DNA of 64,000 nucleotides. Origin: Eledone cirrhosa. Its lineage: Eukaryota. Below the pieces are notes generated by a model that was not told the origin of the DNA, made no database searches, and saw only the letters and a list, made by a program, of their open reading frames with translations. The translations under genes and the position numbers were made by a program. The number at the start of each line of letters is the position of its first letter. Positions within the stretch are counted from its first letter, which is position 1. Shown piece by piece: positions 1 to 12,200 of the stretch. Location: the NCBI GenBank assembly GCA_964016885.1, contig OZ024740.1:58962001-59026000 (forward strand), given 5' to 3'.

Positions 1-132
1 ATCCCATGATGATATTTGTTTTTGAAATGCGCATAATAAAATACATGGAACTCTTTTAACCGTTTTTTGATTTTATATTATATAAATATATATAATATAT
101 AATATGAAATGAAATGATGATATATATATATA

Positions 133-196
133 CACCTCGTGGACGAGAATGCGAGCACTCCTCTTTGTTTCGACCGCGGACGGCTAACATAACCCC
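133..196 (+). ncRNA. Putative 5'-truncated HDV-like ribozyme remnant in the RTE 5' end
   Basis: CACCTCGTGG (P3/L3-like), ACGAGAAT (candidate P1 3' strand), hairpin-capable insert, GGCTAA (J4/2-like) and CATAACC (candidate P2 3' strand); the 5' strands are replaced by (TA)n. Confidence 0.45.
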
Positions 197-239
197 ATCT
201 CCCCCCGCCCCCCACCGCCCCCACCCTCCAAACGCAATC

Positions 240-3200
240 CAAAACTTCAGAGTTGGTACCATAAATGTAGGCACCCTAAAGGGTCGCGCTAACGAGGTTG
301 TAGAAATGCTTGAACGTAAGGAGGTCGATGTTTGTTGTATTCAAGAGACCAGGTGGAGGGGTGGGTCTGCTAGATTCATTGAGAGTAAAAAACGATGTTA
401 TAAGCTTTTCTGGGTGGGAAACGACGATGGGCTGGGTGGAGTAGGAATCATGGTAGCAGAAAAGTGGGCAGATAAGATAATAGACGTAAATAGAGTGAAC
501 GACAGAATAATTAAAATACGACTTGTCCTCAATAGAACTACGGTGACAGTAATATCTGCGTACACACCCCAATCCGGACTGCCCGGCACTATAAAAGACA
601 GATTCTATGAGACACTGATGCTCACTACCTCCCAAATAACCGACAGTGACTATATAATTATTGCAGGCGACCTAAATGGTCACGTTGGACAACATTGTGA
701 CGGCTACGACGAAATCCATGGAGGCTATGGGTTTAGTACTAGAAATGAGGAAGGCTCCAGAATCCTGGAATTCTGTGACGCAAATAACCTAACTATCTGT
801 AACACTAACTTCAAAAAACGTGACAATCACTTGATCACCTATAGATCCGGGGAACACACAAGCCAGGTAGATTATATCCTTACCAGAAGACGTGACAGAG
901 TGTCTGTTGTAAACACTAAATCACTCCCCCATGAAGAATGCACCTCCCAACATAGACTGATAATTAGCGACCTCATAGTCAGGACGAGATGTACTCGACA
1001 GCAGAAGAGGACTATCCTCAGGAGAAAAATATGGAAGCTAAAGGACCCCACAGCCAGAAATAAATTTCAAAGCATATTACTTGATGCTTTCGAAAGTAAG
1101 GAAGAGCATTTAGAGTCGGACAATATAGAGGGACAGTGGGAATTTCTGAAAACAAACCTGCTGATGGCGACAGACGAAGTCTGTGGCTGGAGCAGGCCTG
1201 TAGGCAGGAGGAGAGTAACATAGTGGTGGAACAGTAAGGTGGAGGGGTCAATTAAGGGCAAAAAGCAGGCTTGGAAAGTATGGCGGGATGGGGGAAGTAG
1301 AGAAGACTATCAAGTGGCCAGGAGGGAAGCTAGGAGATAAGTGTACTTCACAAGAAGGGAAGCAGAGGAAAGAAAGTTCAAGCATGTTCTACAACGCAAG
1401 GACAAAAAACGTGAGGTGTTCAGGATTGCTAGGCAATGTGTCAAGGAAAACCGTGATATTGTCGGGGAGAAGTGTGTACTTAATGATGACGGCGTACTTG
1501 CCATCACCGACGCTGATAAGAAGGTAGCTTGGAAGTGTCACTATGAAAGGCTACTAAATGAGGAGAATAAATGGGAGAAAGACAGTCTCCCCCACATCGA
1601 CCCAATAGAGGGACCAGCAGTGTTAGTCGAGGGGATTATAATAAGTAAGGCAATCAAGGATATGAAGGCGGGTAAGGCGGCTGGGCCTTCGGAAATAGTT
1701 GCTGAGATGCTGAAGGCATCTGGCACGGTGGGACACACCATGGTCACCCGCATAGTTAACCAAGTCGTACAGAATGGGGTTGTTCCGAAGGACTGGCATA
1801 GCAGCATCATCGTTAACTGTTATAAGGGTAAAGGAGATGCCCTAGATAGGTGTAACTATAGAGGCATTAAATTAATCGACCAGGTCATGAAGGTCACGGA
1901 AAAAGTAATAGCGCAACTAATCAGAGAGAGAATTGACCTAGATGAAATGCAGTTCGGGTTTGTGTCAGGCAAAAGTACCACAGACGCTCTTTTCATTGTA
2001 CGACAACTACAGGAGAAGTACCTAGCTAAAGGTAAACCCCTCTACTTAGCTTTTGTCGACTTGGAGAAAGCCTTCGACAGAGTCCCCCGTTCCATTATCT
2101 GGTGGGCTCTTAGAAAACTAGGTGTTGACGAATGGCTTGTGAGAGCGATACAAGCCATGTATAAAGAAACAGTCAGCAAGGTTAGAATTAACAATGAATA
2201 TAGCGAAGAGTTTAGCGTAAAAGTTGGCGTCCATCAGGGCTCTGTTCTCAGCCCCCTACTATTTATTATTGCCCTTCAGGCTATAACAGAGGAGTTCAAG
2301 ACCGGCTGCCCATGGGAACTCCTATACGCAGACAACCTGACACTCATAGCTGAATCAATGGCCGAGCTAGAGAAGAAATTCCAAACATGGAAGCACGGCC
2401 TAGAATCAAAAGGACTTAAAATTAACCTGGCTAAGACTAAAGTTCTAGTTTGTAGGAAAGAAAATAAGGCGGCGGTCCCTTCTGGGAAATGGCCATGCTC
2501 AGTGTGTAGGAAAGGCGTAGGTAGAAACTCCATTTTATGTCCCAAATGCAAAGTATGGGTGCATAAAAATGTAGTGGGATCACAGGTAAGCTAACTAAGA
2601 ACATAGATTTTACATGTGGCCGGTGCTCTGGTGCAATAAGTAGCAGCAAGTGCCCACAAAATACTAGCTCTTACAACTGCGCAAAGGGCTCTATAGAAAT
2701 AGTGGACAGCTTCCGTTACCTGGGTGACAAAATCAGCAGTGGGGGAGGGTGCTCTGAAAGTACAGTAGCTAGAGTCAGAACTGGATGGAAAAAGTTCAGA
2801 GAGCTTATACCACTATTAGCTGCTAAAGGGTTCTCCCTAAAAATGAAAGGCAGGTTGTATAATGCCTGCATACGAACAGCAATGTTGCATGGCAGTGAGA
2901 CCTGGGCATTGTGTGCAGAGGATATACGCAGACTAGAGAGGAACGAAGCTTGCATGCTCCGCTGGATGTGTGTAACAGTAATATACGTGAACGGCAAAGC
3001 ATAAACGAACTAAGGAAAAAATTAGAAATAAGAGGGATCAGATGTTGTTTACTCGAGAGAAGGCTACGTTGGTATGGACACGTGATGCGCATGAAAGTCG
3101 ATAGCTGTATAACAAAGTGCAGGGCAATAAAGATAGACGGTAGCCACGGAATAGGCAGACCTAGAAAAACCTGGGACGAGCTGATAAACTCCGACCTCAC

Positions 3201-3282
3201 ACACTTACACCTCTCCAAGACAATGTCACTGGACCGAGACCTTTGGCGGTACTCAGTAACAGAGAAGACCCGCCTTACCTAA
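240..3282 (+). pseudogene. EN-RT ORF of RTE copy 1, disrupted
   Basis: ORFs 114-1223 and 1341-2594 share a frame, broken by TAG 1221-1223 and TAA 1338-1340 (CAA in the 58920-61282 copy); YADD reads YADN; frameshifts near 2568 and 2970; natural stop TAA 3280-3282. Start approximate. Confidence 0.92.
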
Positions 3283-4477
3283 ATACATAGTAAAACCTAC
3301 TACAGCCAGTAGGCATCTCTAACAAAATACACCCCCGTCCCACCCCCCCCCCCCCACCCCATCGACACCACCCCCTTCTATGTAAAGTTATGTTGGTGCC
3401 ACGCCATCCAGGTTGAAACAAATGAGATCGTGTAGGTATCATGACAAAAAAACACACAGCCCACGCTGTAATGTGGCCGTGTAGGCAACACGGTAAAAAC
3501 CTCCCAGACCCACACTGTAAATGTCGTTGGTGTTAGGAAGGGCATCCAGCTGTAGAAAACCCGCCAGACAGTCCTATGCGAGCAAGACAATCACTCTTGC
3601 CTCAAGTGGGAATACCCCCGTCCAAACCCATGCAAGCGTGGAACACGGACGTTAAACGTTGATGATGATGATGATGATATATGTATATATAATATATATG
3701 CATATATATATGTTTGTGTGTATCTGGATAGCAATGGATAGTGATGCAAATTTAGCTTTGGAAATCTTTGTTATTTGTAACAAGAAATCTATTCAGAGTT
3801 GATGTTGCAGAGACACCTATTTTTCAACTCAGTAGAGGGAAACAAATAGAATGAAATGCATAGTCAAAGAATATATAACATATATAAGATGATTGGTCAA
3901 ATATTCTAGTATGTAGAATTGGTTATGTAGAATTGGTTAGTTTTGAACAAACAGGATTTGAAAATTGATTCATTGTTTTTGTTGGTATAATAGATTGACC
4001 TATTTTGCAAATATATATTTTTAATTTGTTAATAGAGATGATATTTTACAAGTGAATGCATTTTCTGATGCCAAGAACTTTATTGAAAGGTTGGTTTAAC
4101 ATTCATTTTCTTGCCTTAATCTTAGCAAAATAAGAAGCGTCCACCAAAGATACACTACACTGGATGTGAAATAATTCCAAATTTTTAAGAACAAAAATAT
4201 AAAAAATGTAAATTCACTGCACCCATTTATATCGAAACAAACGTGGGCATGTGGTTAAGATGTATATTTTGCAGTTGATCAATACCTTGTGAGTGAAATT
4301 TGGTAGACAGACACTATACAGAAAAAAACAACATTGGGGAAAATACAGTACAAATATGATATAAGGATAAAGATGCCATAACTCCTTGTGGAGTTGTAGA
4401 GGCACCGTCATACGGCATGTCTAGGACACTTTTAATCCTGGTGGAGCTCAACCCTCTCCAGGTCTGAACACAGTCAA

Positions 4478-4655
4478 TTTTTTCTATAGAGGAAGAATCG
4501 ACCCAGTACTGGACTGGTACTTTTTTATCAACCTCAAAAGGTTGAAAGGCAAAGTTGACCCCGGCGGGATTTGAACTCAGAGCGCGCAATGAGGTGGGAC
4601 GAATACTGTAAAGCCTTCTATTCAACGTCTTAACGACTCTGCCAATTTGCCACCT
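4478..4655 (-). mobile_element. tRNA-derived SINE with Deu/Nin-like central domain
   Basis: Minus strand reads B-box-like CTGAGTTCAAATCCC then AACTTTGCCTTTCAACCTTTTGAGGTTGATAAAAAAGTACCAGT; same family as 26938-27520. Confidence 0.75.
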
Positions 4656-5448
4656 AATGATGATATATATGTTTAATGTTTGATGTAGTAGGAAAAGAGT
4701 TTTAACGTTTTGGGTGTTAGTCATTCATCGAAAGATAGACTGAAAGAGAGGAAAAATGAAAAGATAGATAAGAATAAATTTTTTTCAGAAAAAATGTATA
4801 TTTTACTCATGCATTTTGGAAAAAATGCAGGTTAGTGTGGGACTCATATATTAAAGAATTACAAGAAGGAGAGAAGCATCATGTAGTTAGAGTTCTCATG
4901 TGTGTTTGTGTGTGTATGTGTTTGTCTGTACAAGGCTGTGATGTACATTATACCATGATGGAGTAGTTAATGTCTGTCATATGTGTATGTTTAAAATGAT
5001 ATGTTGAATTTCATTCCTTTACACCTGAAGGTAACTTTTGTAACTTAGTCATTCAATAAATATTGATGAAATAAAATATCAAACTGAAATAAGTATAGGT
5101 TTTCAATATATTAGGCGTAAATTATTGAATACAATGCTCCAGCATGGTCATGGTTCAATGATTGACATCAGCTAAAGAATACATATCAACTTCATTATTC
5201 CTCTTATTTGCACCTATTTTCCATGCTGACTTGAGTTAGACTTGACATTTTGAAGCAGTGTTTTATAGTTGAATGCCCTTTCTGATACCAATTCTTTTAG
5301 TCAACACTTATGACACTCAGAGGGACAGTGCACTTATTCTAACTACAACTTCTCTTTCATCAAATCAACCTATTTTATATCTCTACTTCTCACCCCCCCC
5401 TTTGCCTCTTTATATACACACAAAATAAATGTATATCTATATATATAT

Positions 5449-5803
5449 GGAGGCACATGGCTTAGTATGGAGGCACATGGCTTAGTGGTTAGAGCATTGG
5501 CCTTGCAATCAAAAGGTTGTGAGTTCAATTCTCAGACCGGGTGATGTGTTGTTTCCTTGAGCAAGACACTTTATTTCACATTGCTCCAGTTTACTCAGCT
5601 GTAGAAATGAGATGATAGGGACTGGGTTCCCTATCATTCCACTGTAAAGTGGACGTATAGGCGCCACGGCAAAAAAGCACCCAGCACTCACTGTAAATGA
5701 GGTTGGTGTTAGGAAGGGCATCCAGCTGTAGAAATCAAGCCAGAATCAGTTCCCGTCCCACCCTTGCAAGCAGGGAAAAGCGGACGTAAAATGAAATGAT
5801 GAT
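5449..5803 (+). mobile_element. tRNA-headed SINE with CORE-like segment and RTE-B-related tail
   Basis: A-box TGGCTTAGTGG, B-box GAGTTCAATTC, CCTTGAGCAAGACACTT, tail matching the RTE-B 3' UTR at 23050-23215 (minus); first 20 bp tandemly duplicated (5449 and 5469). Confidence 0.85.
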
Positions 5804-5880
5804 AATTGGAAATCAGTAAAATCGAATCTCTGGCGGTTTGCAAGTGAATTCGGCCTACTTATATGAAATGATGAGTTAGC

Positions 5881-5950
5881 AAAGCACTCGATAAGATAGG
5901 TCCTTACGTTTAAAAAGCACTCGATAAGATAGGTCCTTACGTTTAAAAAG
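5881..5950. repeat. 33-bp perfect tandem duplication
   Basis: AAAGCACTCGATAAGATAGGTCCTTACGTTTAA occurs twice (GCACTCG at 5884 and 5917). Confidence 0.9.
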
Positions 5951-6060
5951 CTTGACAAATCGAACATTGTGGTAGGCTAAACTAACACACAATATGTATA
6001 CCAGAGCAACGATAGCACTAATCAGGTTGATATATTGATGATGATAATGATGGTATATAT

Positions 6061-6229
6061 CTTCTTCTTCTTCTTCTTCTTCTTCACCCATTTATTCCTG
6101 AGAAGGTCGTTGGGGAAGAGTCCTCAAACACTCCTTCCAGCTGGTCCTGTCAGAAGCCACCATCTCCAATTGATCCCAAGTGTGACTAGCCAAGTGCATG
6201 GATGTTATCCAACCATCTTGCTTGGAGTC
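6061..6229 (-). mobile_element. 3' terminus of a Rex3/Expander-like RTE LINE with (GAA)n tail
   Basis: Minus strand translates, with one stop and one frameshift, to RLQARWLDNIHALG*SHLG..LEMVASDRTSWKECLRTLPQRPSQE*, then (GAA)8; resembles the Rex3 C-terminus pattern RPRTRW.D....W..LGI...LE.V...R..W..LL..LP.RP. Confidence 0.7.
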
Positions 6230-9200
6230 TATACCCAGTACACCTTGTAAGTTGGTAGTACTGGCGTCACAATAAAGTATACCCAGTACACCTTGTAAGT
6301 TGGTAGTACTGGCGTCACAATAAAGTATACCCAGTATACCTTGTAAGTTGGTAGTACTGGCGCCACAATAAAGTATACCCAGTACACCTTGTAAGTTGGT
6401 AGTACTGGCGCCACAATAAAGTATACCCAGTACACCTTGTAAGTTGGTAGTACTGGCGTCACAATAAAGTATACCCAGTATACCTTGTAAGTTGGTAGTA
6501 CTGGCGCCACAATAAAGTATACCCAGTACACCTTGTAAGTTGGTAGTACTGGCGTCACAATAAAGTATACCCAGTATACCTTGTAAGTTGGTAGTACTGG
6601 CGCCACAATAAAGTATACCCAGTATACCTTGTAAGTTGGTAGTACTGGCGCCACAATAAAGTATACCCAGTACACCTTGTAAGTTGGTAGTACTGGCGCC
6701 ACAATAAAGTATACCCAGTACACCTTGTAAGTTGGTAGTACTGGCGTCACAATAAAGTATACCCAGTACACCTTGTAAGTTGGTAGTACTGGCGCCACAA
6801 TAAAGTATACCCAGTACACCTTGTAAGTTGGTAGTACTGGCGCCACAATAAAGTATACCCAGTACACCTTGTAAGTTGGTAGTACTGGCGCCACAATAAA
6901 GTATACCCAGTACACCTTGTAAGTTGGTAGTACTGGCGTCACAATAAAGTATACCCAGTACACCTTGTAAGTTGGTAGTGCTGGCGTCACAATAAAGTAT
7001 ACCCAGTACACCTTGTAAGTTGGTAGTGCTGGCGTCACAATAAAGTATACCCAGTACACCTTGTAAGTTGGTAGTGCTGGCATCACAATAAAGTATACCC
7101 AGTACACCTTGTAAGTTGGTAGTGCTGGCGTCACAATAAAGTATACCCAGTACACCTTGTAAGTTGGTAGTACTGGCGTCACAATAAAGTATACCCAGTA
7201 CACCTTGTAAGTTGGTAGTACTGGCGTCACAATAAAGTATACCCAGTACACCTTGTAAGTTGGTAGTACTGGCGTCACAATAAAGTATACCCAGTACACC
7301 TTGTAAGTTGGTAGTACTGGCGTCACAATAAAGTATACCCAGTACACCTTGTAAGTTGGTAGTACTGGCGTCACAATAAAGTATACCCAGTACACCTTGT
7401 AAGTTGGTAGTACTGGCGCCACAATAAAGTATACCCAGTACACCTTGTAAGTTGGTAGTACTGGCGTCACAATAAAGTATACCCAGTACACCTTGTAAGT
7501 TGGTAGTACTGGCGTCACAATAAAGTATACCCAGTACACCTTGTAAGTTGGTAGTACTGGCGTCACAATAAAGTATACCCAGTACACCTTGTAAGTTGGT
7601 AGTACTGGCGTCACAATAAAGTATACCCAGTACACCTTGTAAGTTGGTAGTACTGGCGTCACAATAAAGTATACCCAGTACACCTTGTAAGTTGGTAGTA
7701 CTGGCGTCACAATAAAGTATACCCAGTACACCTTGTAAGTTGGTAGTACTGGCGTCACAATAAAGTATACCCAGTACACCTTGTAAGTTGGTAGTACTGG
7801 CGTCACAATAAAGTATACCCAGTACACCTTGTAAGCTGGTAGTGCTGGCATCACAATAAAGTATACCCAGTACACCATGTAAGCTGGTAGTGCTGGCATC
7901 ACAATAAAGTATACCCAGTACACCTTGTAAGCTGGTAGTGCTGGCATCACATAAAGTATACCCAGTATACCTTGTAAGTTGGTAGTGCTGGCGTCACAAT
8001 AAAGTATACCCAGTACACCTTGTAAGTTGGTAGTACTGGCGTCACAATAAAGTATACCCAGTACACCTTGTAAGCTGGTAGTGCTGGCATCACAATAAAG
8101 TATACCCAGTACACCTTGTAAGCTGGTAGTGCTGGCATCACAATAAAGTATACCCAGTACACCTTGTAAGCTGGTAGTGCTGGCATCACAATAAAGTATA
8201 CCCAGTATACCTTGTAAGTTGGTAGTGCTGGCGTCACAATAAAGTATACCCAGTACACCTTGTAAGTTGGTAGTACTGGCGTCACAATAAAGTATACCCA
8301 GTACACCTTGTAAGCTGGAGTGCTGGCATCACAATAAAGTATACCCAGTACACCTTGTAAGTTGGTAGTGCTGGCATCACAATAAAGTATACCCAGTACA
8401 CCTTGTAAGTTGGTAGTGCTGGCGTCACAATAAAGTATACCCAGTACACCTTGTAAGCTGGTAGTGCTGGCATCACAATAAAGTATACCCAGTACACCTT
8501 GTAAGCTGGTAGTGCTGGCGTCACAATAAAGTATACCCAGTACACCTTGTAAGTTGGTATTGCTGGCGTCACAATAAAGTATACCCAGTACACCTTGTAA
8601 GTTGGTAGTGCTGGCGTCACAATAAAGTATACCCAGTACACCTTGTAAGTTGGTATTGCTGGCGTCACAATAAAGTATACCCAGTACACCTTGTAAGTTG
8701 GTAGTGCTGGCGTCACAATAAAGTATACCCAGTACACCTTGTAAGTTGGTAGTACTGGCGTCACAATAAAGTATACCCAGTACACCTTGTAAGTTGGTAG
8801 TACTGGCGTCACAATAAAGTATACCCAGTACACCTTGTAAGCTGGTAGTGCTGGCGTCACAATAAAGTATACCCAGTACACCTTGTAAGTTGGTAGTACT
8901 GGCGTCACAATAAAGTATACCCAGTACACCTTGTAAGTTGGTATTGTTGGCGCCACAATAAAGTATACCCAGTACACCATGTAAGTTGGTATTGCTGGCG
9001 TCACAATAAAGTATACCCAGTACACCTTGTAAGCTGGTAGTGCTGGCATCACAATAAAGTATACCCAGTACACCATGTAAGTTGGTAGTACTGGCGTCAC
9101 AATAAAGTATACCCAGTACACCTTGTAAGCTGGTAGTGCTGGCATCACAATAAAGTATACCCAGTACACCTTGTAAGTTGGTAGTACTGGCGTCACAATA

Positions 9201-12200
9201 AAGTATACCCAGTACACCTTGTAAGCTGGTAGTGCTGGCATCACAATAAAGTATACCCAGTACACCTTGTAAGCTGGTAGTGCTGGCATCACAATAAAGT
9301 ATACCCAGTATACCTTGTAAGTTGGTAGTACTGGCGTCACAATAAAGTATACCCAGTACACCTTGTAAGTTGGTAGTACTGGCGTCACAATAAAGTATAC
9401 CCAGTACACCTTGTAAGCTGGTAGTGCTGGCATCACAATAAAGTATACCCAGTACACCTTGTAAGCTGGTAGTGCTGGCATCACAATAAAGTATACCCAG
9501 TACACCTTGTAAGCTGGTAGTGCTGGCATCACAATAAAGTATACCCAGTATACCTTGTAAGTTGGTAGTGCTGGCGTCACAATAAAGTATACCCAGTACA
9601 CCTTGTAAGTTGGTAGTACTGGCGTCACAATAAAGTATACCCAGTACACCTTGTAAGCTGGTAGTGCTGGCATCAGAATAAAGTATACCCAGTACACCTT
9701 GTAAGCTGGTAGTGCTGGCATCACAATAAAGTATACCCAGTACACCTTGTAAGCTGGTAGTGCTGGCATCACAATAAAGTATACCTTGTAAGTTGGTAGT
9801 GCTGGCGTCACAATAAAGTATACCCAGTACACCTTGTAAGTTGGTAGTACTGGCGTCACAATAAAGTATACCCAGTACACCTTGTAAGCTGGTAGTGCTG
9901 GCATCACAATAAAGTATACCCAGTACACCTTGTAAGTTGGTAGTGCTGGCATCACAATAAAGTATACCCAGTACACCTTGTAAGTTGGTAGTGCTGGCGT
10001 CACAATAAAGTATACCCAGTACACCTTGTAAGTTGGTATTGCTGGCGTCACAATAAAGTATACCCAGTACACCTTGTAAGTTGGTATTGCTGGCGTCACA
10101 ATAAAGTATACCCAGTACACCTTGTAAGTTGGTAGTGCTGGCGTCACAATAAAGTATACCCAGTACACCTTGTAAGTTGGTATTGCTGGCGTCACAATAA
10201 AGTATACCCAGTATACCTTGTAAGTTGGTAGTACTGGCGTCACAATAAAGTATACCCAGTACCACTTGTAAGTTGGTAGTACTGGCGTCACAATAAAGTA
10301 TACCCAGTACACCTTGTAAGTTGGTAGTGCTGGCATCACAATAAAGTATACCCAGTACACCTTGTAAGTTGGTATTGCTGGCGTCACAATAAAGTATACC
10401 CAGTACACCTTGTAAGTTGGTAGTGCTGGCGTCACAATAAAGTATACCCAGTACACCTTGTAAGTTGGTATTGCTGGCGTCACAATAAAGTATACCCAGT
10501 ACACCTTGTAAGTTGGTAGTGCTGGCATCACAATAAAGTATACCCAGTACACCTTGTAAGTTGGTATTGCTGGCGTCACAATAAAGTATACCCAGTACAC
10601 CTTGTAAGTTGGTAGTGCTGGCATCAGAATAAAGTATACCCAGTATACCTTGTAAGTTGGTATTGCTGGCGTCACAATAAAGTATACCCAGTACACCTTG
10701 TAAGTTGGTAGTACTGGCGTCACAATAAAGTATACCCAGTACACCTTGTAAGCTGGTAGTGCTGGCGTCACAATAAAGTATACCCAGTACACCTTGTAAG
10801 TTGGTACTGCTGGCGTTACAATAAAGTATACCCAGTACACCTTGTAAGCTGGTAGTGCTGGCCTCACAATAAAGTATACCCAGTACACCTTGTAAGTTGA
10901 TAGTGCTGGCGTCACAATAAAGTATACCCAGTACACCTTGTAAGTTGGTAGTACTGGCGTCACAATAAAGTTGACCCAGTACACCTTGTAAGTTGGTAGT
11001 GCTGGCGTCACAATAAAGTATACCCAGTACACTTTGTAAGTTGGTAGTGCTGGCGTCACAATAAAGTATACCCAGTACACCTTGTAAGTTGGTATTGCTG
11101 GCGTCACAATAAAGTATACCCAGTACACCTTGTAAGTTGGTAGTGCTGGCGTCACAATAAAGTATACCCAGTACACCTTGTAAGTTGGTAGTGCTGGCGT
11201 CACAATAAAGTATACCCAGTACACCTTGTAAGTTGGTAGTGCTGGAATCACAATAAAGTATACCCAGTACACCTTGTAAGTTGGTAGTACTGGCGTCACA
11301 ATAAAGTATACCTTGTAAGTTGGTAGTGCTGGCGTCACAATAAGGTATACCCAGTACACCTTGTAAGTTGGTAGTACTGGCGTCACAATAAGGTATACCT
11401 TGTTAGTTGGTAGTGCTGGCGTCCAATAAAGTATACCCAGTACACCTTGTAAGTTGGTAGTGCTGGCGTCACAATAAAGTATGCCCAGTACACCTTGTAA
11501 GTTGGTAGTACTGGCGTCACAATAAAGTATACCCAGTACACCTTGTAAGTTGGTAGTACTGGCTTCACAATAAAGTATACCTTGTAAGTTGGTAGTGCTG
11601 GCGCCACAATAAAGTATACCCAGTACACCTTGTAAGTTGGTAGTACTGGCGTCACAATAAGGTATACCCAGTACACCTTGTAAGTTGGTAGTACTGGCGT
11701 CACAATAAGGTATACCCAGTACACCTTGTAAGTTGGTAGTGCTGGCGTCACAATAAAGTATACCCAGTACACCTTGTAAGTTGGTAGTGCTGGCTCCACA
11801 ATAACGTATACCCAGTACACCTTGTAAGTTGGTAGTACTGGCGTCACAATAAGGTATACCCAGTACACCTTGTAAGTTGGTAGTACTGGCGTCACAATAA
11901 GGTATACCTTGTAAGTTGGTAGTACTGGCGTCACAATAAAGTATACCCAGTACACCTTGTCAGTTGGTAGTGCTGGCGTCACAATAAAGTATACCCAGTA
12001 CACCTTGTAAGTTGGTATTGCTGGCGTCACAATAAAGTATACCCAGTACACCTTGTAAGTTGGTAGTGCTGGCGTCATAATAAAGTATACCCAGTACACC
12101 TTGTAAGTTGGTAGTGCTGGCGTCACAATAAAGTATACCCAGTACACCTTGTAAGTTGGTAGTGCTGGCGTCACAATAAAGTATACGCAGTACACCTTGT

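Larger units (their letters stand above)
133..3678 (+). mobile_element. RTE/BovB-like non-LTR retrotransposon, subfamily A, nearly full length, inactivated
   Basis: APE endonuclease motifs (GTINVGTL, CCIQETRW, AGDLNGHVG, QVDYIL, SQHRL), RT motifs (NYRGIKL, FVDLEKAFDRV, GVHQGSVLSP), RTE C-terminal RLRWYGHVMR...GRPRKTW; 3' UTR ends in (GAT)n at 3661-3678. Confidence 0.95.

Noticed and set aside
4372-4477. Possible additional LINE 3' end on the minus strand
   Set aside because: Only a vague resemblance over ~35 codons; not supportable by eye.
5469-5540. tRNA gene
   Set aside because: A/B boxes belong to a SINE head that continues into SINE body; no convincing cloverleaf.
5868-6030. C/D-box snoRNA (ATGATGA at ~5868)
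   Set aside because: No downstream CTGA D box or terminal stem.
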